From: Promethearchaeota archaeon | GTDB taxonomy: Archaea; Asgardarchaeota; Lokiarchaeia; Sigyniarchaeales; SOKP01 | Assembly: GCA_016840165.1 (NCBI GenBank) | Contig: JAEOSU010000027.1 | Span: 1-64,000 of the forward strand | Reading direction: 5' to 3' | DNA: 64,000 nt | Shown: positions 58,481 to 64,000 of the stretch, in pieces | How positions within the stretch are numbered: position 1 is the first letter of the stretch | How the letters are laid out: every line of letters begins with the position of its first letter | The notes under the pieces: generated by a model | Seen by the model: only the letters and a program-made list of their open reading frames with translations | Databases searched by the model: none | Told to the model about the DNA's origin: nothing | Program-made: the position numbers and the translations under genes

Positions 58481-59968
58481 TTAGTTTTCTTTGAATAGTT
58501 TTATTTGTATAAATATATCGAGAGTCCTTGGACCGAAAGTGGCTAATATGTAAAAATTTTCCCTTGAGCCGAGTTCTAATTTTCGATTTCTGATAGGAAT
58601 TACTATCTGCTTAGATCCGTAAGTGCTAGCGATTCTATGATCAGGGTGATTAAAATCAGGGCGATTTTCTTTTGCGAAAACAGTATGCATATAATCAGAG
58701 CTATCTTTTGTACTTAATTCTGCAAAGTAATAATGTAAATCAAGATAGTTACCTATTTCATGCTCATTTATGATTAGTGTAGTTGTTGTATGGTAGGAAC
58801 GTAAAAGTATTTCCCCATCGTTTAATTCTGGATATTTTTTTATGGTTTTATCAAAGATATTTTTAATGATATCAGTCAAAAAGAGTAACTGAGTAATACT
58901 ATAACTTCTTAATTTTATTATGTGAGTAGATATGATTTGATTTTTATAGAATTTGTCAGAACTTTCTTTTATATTTAGAAAGGTATTAGAGGTTAGCTTA
59001 TAAATAGGTTTGAATATGGTAGCATTCAATCGGTTTATATTTCGAAATGTCCAAGTTCTTAATAAGTTTTTTTGAGTAAATTTTAATTGATCCGTTGCTT
59101 CTATAAAACCTCTTACCATTTGAGAGATCTCTAATGTTGGAGTAGCACTCCCAATTGAAATTCTATGCCAGAAATTTTGAATAAAACCTTGTATTTTAAA
59201 TATTTTAATAAATGTTTCAGTTGGAGTCATTCCTCCAATATATCTTGGGTCAATTTCTATCCAAAAATTAGTATTTTTTTTTAATCGGTCCACAATACTT
59301 TCCATTTGTCCATAACTGAGACCGCTAAGTATAATGTTATTCCTAGAATAACTTGATATAAAACTCTCGATTTTTTCTAGTGTTACAAATTCAGAATAAT
59401 TATCAGGAATGCTTAAATTACACATTTCTAATTTAATAAAAAGAGCCTTTTTACGACAATATTTCATCATATTGACTAATTGCTGATTATTCGGATTATT
59501 TAAATCTAATTTAGTAAGGGAAGGATATATTGCAACTCCACAAACTGGGATTTGTTCTTGAATTTTCCCAATTTTATTTATAATATTTTGTTCTTTTGAT
59601 TTTTCAGAAAGATCGAATGAAAGAATACCTTTAAAAATAGTTGGTTCTCTTTTTACCACTTCAACAACGTCCGAATTCGAGATTCCGTATGATTTTCCAG
59701 TATCCATAGCCTGGATAAGCCCTAAATGGATATCAGAACAATTTAACTCTATTTTTTCATCTTCAATACTTATCTTTCTAGTATAAAATAGAAAATTTCC
59801 CGAATCATCTTTTAATTTTAAAAGATTTTTAAGAGGAAGGGAATTTTCTATATCAGAAAAAATAGGCCATATTAAACTATCGATTTTACTATAGGAAAAT
59901 GCATTACCATATTTATCTCCAAAAATGCATGTAAAATCAGGTTGATATAATCTTTCCATGATAATCAA
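58481..59968 (-). CDS. Degenerate amidohydrolase-like domain fused to a YjbQ/UPF0047 domain
   Basis: C-terminal HTTTTLIINE...YMH...NHPDH...IPI....LELG...GPR matches YjbQ. The N-terminal assignment is tentative. Confidence 0.7.
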   Translation of the reverse strand: MIIMERLYQPDFTCIFGDKYGNAFSYSKIDSLIWPIFSDIENSLPLKNLLKLKDDSGNFLFYTRKISIEDEKIELNCSDIHLGLIQAMDTGKSYGISNSDVVEVVKREPTIFKGILSFDLSEKSKEQNIINKIGKIQEQIPVCGVAIYPSLTKLDLNNPNNQQLVNMMKYCRKKALFIKLEMCNLSIPDNYSEFVTLEKIESFISSYSRNNIILSGLSYGQMESIVDRLKKNTNFWIEIDPRYIGGMTPTETFIKIFKIQGFIQNFWHRISIGSATPTLEISQMVRGFIEATDQLKFTQKNLLRTWTFRNINRLNATIFKPIYKLTSNTFLNIKESSDKFYKNQIISTHIIKLRSYSITQLLFLTDIIKNIFDKTIKKYPELNDGEILLRSYHTTTTLIINEHEIGNYLDLHYYFAELSTKDSSDYMHTVFAKENRPDFNHPDHRIASTYGSKQIVIPIRNRKLELGSRENFYILATFGPRTLDIFIQIKLFKEN

Positions 59969-60071
59969 TCCATTGAAATTTAATAAAATTTAGATATATT
60001 AATTTAATTACGATAATAAAATAATAATTATAAATTTACTTTCAACTAAATCTCCACCGAATTTTGGTATC

Positions 60072-62057
60072 ATGCTTAATCTCGAACAAGGAATATTCCC
60101 TATCATAATAAAACCAAACTTGGGTCAACCAATATTAATCAATTTAAGAGAATATCGTGATATGGATGGTCTTCTTATTAGTAACATAACGTTTGATGCG
60201 ATTATAATTACATTGCCAGATTATCCAACCCAAAAAATATTAGAATCATTTTATTCAAACCTTTTTATCCAGGTAATTTTAAAGGATGAGGGAGAGTTTT
60301 CAGAAAGAAGAGGAGAGAAAATAGGATTACAACCAATTGAAATTGAAAAGTTAGAGGAGTTTGATTTTAATAAGGTAAAACTTTTAGAAGAAGAAAATGG
60401 TATAGTCTGGGATATTTATAATTCTTTACTCGAGGTAGAAGAAGTCTTTGGAAAACGGAAAGAGTTGCATAAGATCACCTTCAAAATTGAAAATGTTAAT
60501 ATTATTGAACATTTAATGAAATCTTTAAAGAGAGATTTTTTATTATTTGATCTCGTTCATGACATCCCAAATATGATGGAATCCAAAATAAATTATCATA
60601 GTATTGCTATTTATGATAAATTATGGAATAATTTTAATTTCATCCATTCCACCGATTTTCATATTGCTCGTAGAAATGATTTTATAATTAATTTTATGAA
60701 AAATAAAGTAAAAATCAAAGTAAAGAATCGTGCTAAGCATCCAAAAAAGTCGAAGAAAGTTGATGATTTCATCCTTAATCGAAAGTTTGAATATAAAATA
60801 GGATTTCAAGAAGATAAGTTGGATGAAATAAAAAAGGGAAAACTAAATTTTAACTACAGTCTTAGAAAATTAATTGATTTTATAAATCAGCGAGTTTCTA
60901 ATAATGAATTAGATTTTGTTCTGATGACAGGAGATTTAATTGACTATCTTAATATAGCACGCGGAAATTATCAATATAAAAATAATATTGAAGTATTTCT
61001 GGATATTTTACTCGGAAGAAATAGAGGATTAGATAAACCTCCTTACTTAGGAAAAGACGAAGAATTCATTAACAAAAAAGAGATTTTAGCACCAATATTT
61101 ACTACCGCCGGAAACCATGACTATAGAAGCAATCATTATGGAATGAGATTTGGACAAATTCATAATATTTTCGGGATGACTCATTCAGATATAAAGGGAT
61201 ATTATGATATTAAGTTTTTTAACTATTTCACAGCATTACGCTCTCGGCTTAAATATTTGAAAGACTATTTCAGATATATTAATCCAAATCTTAATTATCA
61301 ATTGAATATCGGTAATTCATATAGTTTTATCTTTCTCGATACAGGAGAGGATTCCATAGCAGATTTACATGATCTTCTAAAAGGGGGACCTAGCACTAAG
61401 GGAATTAAAGATTATCAAATAGATCTGCTTCGAGCCTATATTAAACTAAGCTATGATAAAAAAATTGTTATTATTATGCATACTCCTCCCATAGCCCCAA
61501 ACTTAACATATAAGAAAAGAAAGAAATTTGCTAAGCAATTTGGAGTGAAAAATAAAGATTTAAAATGGGATCATTTCTATGAAGAAAATCTAAGAAAATT
61601 TAATGAAACAGGAAGGTTGGATCAGATTTTAAATATGAAATACCAAACCATTATGTACAATTGGAGCACAATTCTCAAAATCTTTACGGGTTCTGACAAG
61701 GAGATTAGAAGGAAAGTAGATATTGTTGCCTGTGGACATACTCATACATTAAGAGAATATCGGCTTAAAGAAGCAAAAGAGACGGAGATAATTAACTTTG
61801 GTTTCTGGCTATTCCCTATCTATATCAAAATTCCCTGTGAAATGTACACATCAAATTATAGTGAAAAATTTAGTGAATTTACTGAAGATGAATTTAAGAT
61901 CTGGTTTGATGTTAATAAACCATTCATATTCCAAACACAAGCAACCGGTCCAATCTCGGCTAAAAGTAAATTTAAACCTCCTGGTTTTCGTTTCTTCAAA
62001 GTTAAAGATAATCAAGTCGTATCTGCAGATATATATTCAATCCATTTAAAGTACTAG
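60072..62057 (+). CDS. Large calcineurin-like metallophosphoesterase
   Basis: TDFH, TGDLID, GNHD, MHTPP and GHTH. Confidence 0.88.
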   Translation: MLNLEQGIFPIIIKPNLGQPILINLREYRDMDGLLISNITFDAIIITLPDYPTQKILESFYSNLFIQVILKDEGEFSERRGEKIGLQPIEIEKLEEFDFNKVKLLEEENGIVWDIYNSLLEVEEVFGKRKELHKITFKIENVNIIEHLMKSLKRDFLLFDLVHDIPNMMESKINYHSIAIYDKLWNNFNFIHSTDFHIARRNDFIINFMKNKVKIKVKNRAKHPKKSKKVDDFILNRKFEYKIGFQEDKLDEIKKGKLNFNYSLRKLIDFINQRVSNNELDFVLMTGDLIDYLNIARGNYQYKNNIEVFLDILLGRNRGLDKPPYLGKDEEFINKKEILAPIFTTAGNHDYRSNHYGMRFGQIHNIFGMTHSDIKGYYDIKFFNYFTALRSRLKYLKDYFRYINPNLNYQLNIGNSYSFIFLDTGEDSIADLHDLLKGGPSTKGIKDYQIDLLRAYIKLSYDKKIVIIMHTPPIAPNLTYKKRKKFAKQFGVKNKDLKWDHFYEENLRKFNETGRLDQILNMKYQTIMYNWSTILKIFTGSDKEIRRKVDIVACGHTHTLREYRLKEAKETEIINFGFWLFPIYIKIPCEMYTSNYSEKFSEFTEDEFKIWFDVNKPFIFQTQATGPISAKSKFKPPGFRFFKVKDNQVVSADIYSIHLKY

Positions 62058-62073
62058 CACTATTTCTTATTAT

Positions 62074-63033
62074 TTATGACTTTTTCATAAATTCTAAAAC
62101 TTGTTCGTAGGATGTATCGGGCATTGGACCAAAATGGGTCACTTTTAGCGCACCTACAGCATTTGAAAAGCGAGCAACATCCAATAGATCGTTTCCAGCT
62201 AAATAAGCAACGATAAATGCGCCCCCAAAGCAGTCTCCTGCACCGGTTGGATCGATCTCTTCCACAGTATAACTCGATACATGGATAGGATCGCTTTTTT
62301 CTTTCGTATAAATAGTACAACCATTTTTTCCTTCTTTAAGAATAATAAGTGGAATATTTCTTTTTAAGAAATATTGGCAAGCCTCTTCAGGACTTTGTTT
62401 TTGGGCTAACATCATAGCTTCTTCTACACTAGGCAATAAGATATCTGTATGTTTTAGGACAGGGTCGCAAATTTTTAAAATTTCCCTAATATTTAGCATT
62501 TCTGGACGCAAATTGGGATCAAAAGAGATAATAACTTTTGGATTCACTTCTCTCGCTATTTTTATTGCCTCATAACATGCATCACGGGAGCTAGAACTAA
62601 TTGCTAGGCTACTGCCCATTATATGAAGTACTTTTACTTTAGAAAAATATAGTTGCTTTAGATCATCAACTGAAAGATCTCCAGCAGCTCCAGGCGCAAA
62701 TATGAATTTTCGAGAACCATTAGAATTATATTGATTAAATGCAATTCCTGTTGTTTTCTGTTTATCAATTCGGATTTGAGAGATATCAACTCCATCTAAT
62801 TTAAGTTTATTTAAAATACTTTCTCCAAATTCATCATTTCCTACAACACCAATGCACCCCGTAGAAAATTTAAAAGGTTTTGACATTCGTGCAGCTGAAT
62901 CTATAAAGATAGCTGGGGCTCCACTTGGATATGGTCCTCGATAGAATTCACCCACTACACCATGGGGAGTATCTACATCTCCACGCATAATTTCAACTAA
63001 TAATTCTCCAAATGAAATAATATCTGGTGGCAT
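62074..63033 (-). CDS. PfkB-family sugar kinase
   Basis: GPYPSGAPAIF, SFDPNLR and DPTGAGDCF. Confidence 0.92.
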   Translation of the reverse strand: MPPDIISFGELLVEIMRGDVDTPHGVVGEFYRGPYPSGAPAIFIDSAARMSKPFKFSTGCIGVVGNDEFGESILNKLKLDGVDISQIRIDKQKTTGIAFNQYNSNGSRKFIFAPGAAGDLSVDDLKQLYFSKVKVLHIMGSSLAISSSSRDACYEAIKIAREVNPKVIISFDPNLRPEMLNIREILKICDPVLKHTDILLPSVEEAMMLAQKQSPEEACQYFLKRNIPLIILKEGKNGCTIYTKEKSDPIHVSSYTVEEIDPTGAGDCFGGAFIVAYLAGNDLLDVARFSNAVGALKVTHFGPMPDTSYEQVLEFMKKS

Positions 63034-63183
63034 AATAAGTATAAGTGAATTATAACTTTAATTTCTTCTAAACCAATATAAAAAGTCATTTTGATTCATC
63101 TTCTTTTATATTAAAACAAAATAGCTTTAAATTCTCCAAAATTCAATATTATATTAAAAATTTATATTTTAAGGGTTTTAAAA

Positions 63184-64000
63184 GTGGTATTAAAGACAAA
63201 ATTAACATCATTGTTTGGTATTCAACACCCTATAGTCGCAGCACCAATGGGACCTTTTTATACTACTAAATTATGTGTAGCAATCTCAGAGGCAGGCGGC
63301 TTAGGTGTTTTAAGCCATACTAATCTATTTGGCAAAAGTAGTCTTCAGGAAATGAAAAAAAATATGGAATATGTAGTGGAACATACAGATAAACCATTTG
63401 GTTTTAATATTCGAACCTCAAGACTCCAAATTGACGCACCTACTCTGTGTAGAGCAATTCCGAAATTTATCAGCAAAAATCCTAAATTAAGAGAGCAATG
63501 TTTATATGCAGTTACAAGTGCTGGTACTCCCAAGATGTTTCAGAACAATTCATTAAAACGATTAAGAGAAACAGGATCACAAATAAAACACTTTCATGTG
63601 GCTCCAGCACTTTGGCTTTCAGATAAGTGTGTGAGTGCAGGAGTTGATGGGATAGTGGTAACGGGTTGGGAAGGAGGCGGTCATCAATCTTATGAAAAAA
63701 TAAGTACTTTGGTACTACTTCAACAGATTAAGCAGAAGCATCCTGACATTCCATTAATCGCTTGTGGTGGTTTTTCTACAGGAGAAGGTTTAGCTTCGGC
63801 TTTGTCGATTGGAGCGGATGGAATTGCTATGGGATCACGATTTATTGCATCAAAAGAAAGTGAATTTCATGAAAAATATAAAAATATTGTTCCGAGTGCT
63901 AAAGCAAGCGATACAATATACGTGACGGGAGTTTTAGGACCAATTAGATTGTGGAAAAACAATTATTCATTGCATCATGGGGTTATATCAAGTAAAGAAG
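63184..64000 (+). CDS. Nitronate monooxygenase / FabK-like flavoenzyme (3' end runs off the window; not in ORF track)
   Basis: Hand translation from GTG 63184: VLKTKLTSLFGIQHPIVAAPMG...SEAGGLG...TDKPFGFN...GWEGGGH...ACGG...GADGIAMGSRF. Confidence 0.88.
   Translation, partial: MVLKTKLTSLFGIQHPIVAAPMGPFYTTKLCVAISEAGGLGVLSHTNLFGKSSLQEMKKNMEYVVEHTDKPFGFNIRTSRLQIDAPTLCRAIPKFISKNPKLREQCLYAVTSAGTPKMFQNNSLKRLRETGSQIKHFHVAPALWLSDKCVSAGVDGIVVTGWEGGGHQSYEKISTLVLLQQIKQKHPDIPLIACGGFSTGEGLASALSIGADGIAMGSRFIASKESEFHEKYKNIVPSAKASDTIYVTGVLGPIRLWKNNYSLHHGVISSKE

Noticed and set aside
1-64000. Selenocysteine/pyrrolysine read-through, IS elements, CRISPR arrays, rRNA
   Set aside because: Recognisable genes appear full length at their TGA/TAG stops. 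No transposase, terminal inverted repeats, repeat-spacer array or long GC-rich structural RNA was seen by eye.

Overview
AT-rich, gene-dense archaeal chromosomal segment. Gene content and style point to an Asgard archaeon of the Lokiarchaeia (inference): archaeal psmB, Sm plus rpl37e, EndA, PINA and SepF, together with roadblock, longin-like, ubiquitin-like, LRR and HhH-fused proteins. I saw no CRISPR array, IS element, integrase or rRNA. Highlights: (1) an inositol-phosphate cluster made of ino1, three ATP-grasp proteins with ITPK1-type motifs and a HAD phosphatase with a ~75-aa lysine-rich tail; (2) an 84-aa ubiquitin-like gene (ending GG-A) that the ORF track missed because it starts at ATT, lying between a coiled-coil/polyproline micro-protein and an LRR protein with a C-terminal PIP-box-like motif; (3) a tRNA-Leu(TAA) with two non-canonical D-loop introns, and an EndA paralogue lacking the catalytic Tyr/His; (4) a stand-alone cytoplasmic IFT52-like GIFT-domain protein; (5) an Ltp3/Ltp4-like retro-aldolase operon with two DUF35 partners and a palindromic operator candidate; (6) a SIRT6/7-like (class IV) sirtuin; (7) several unusual fusions (HhH-FKBP, DUF4332-cysteine protease, TIM-barrel-like-YjbQ). 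All family calls come from motif recognition by eye. No database searches were run.
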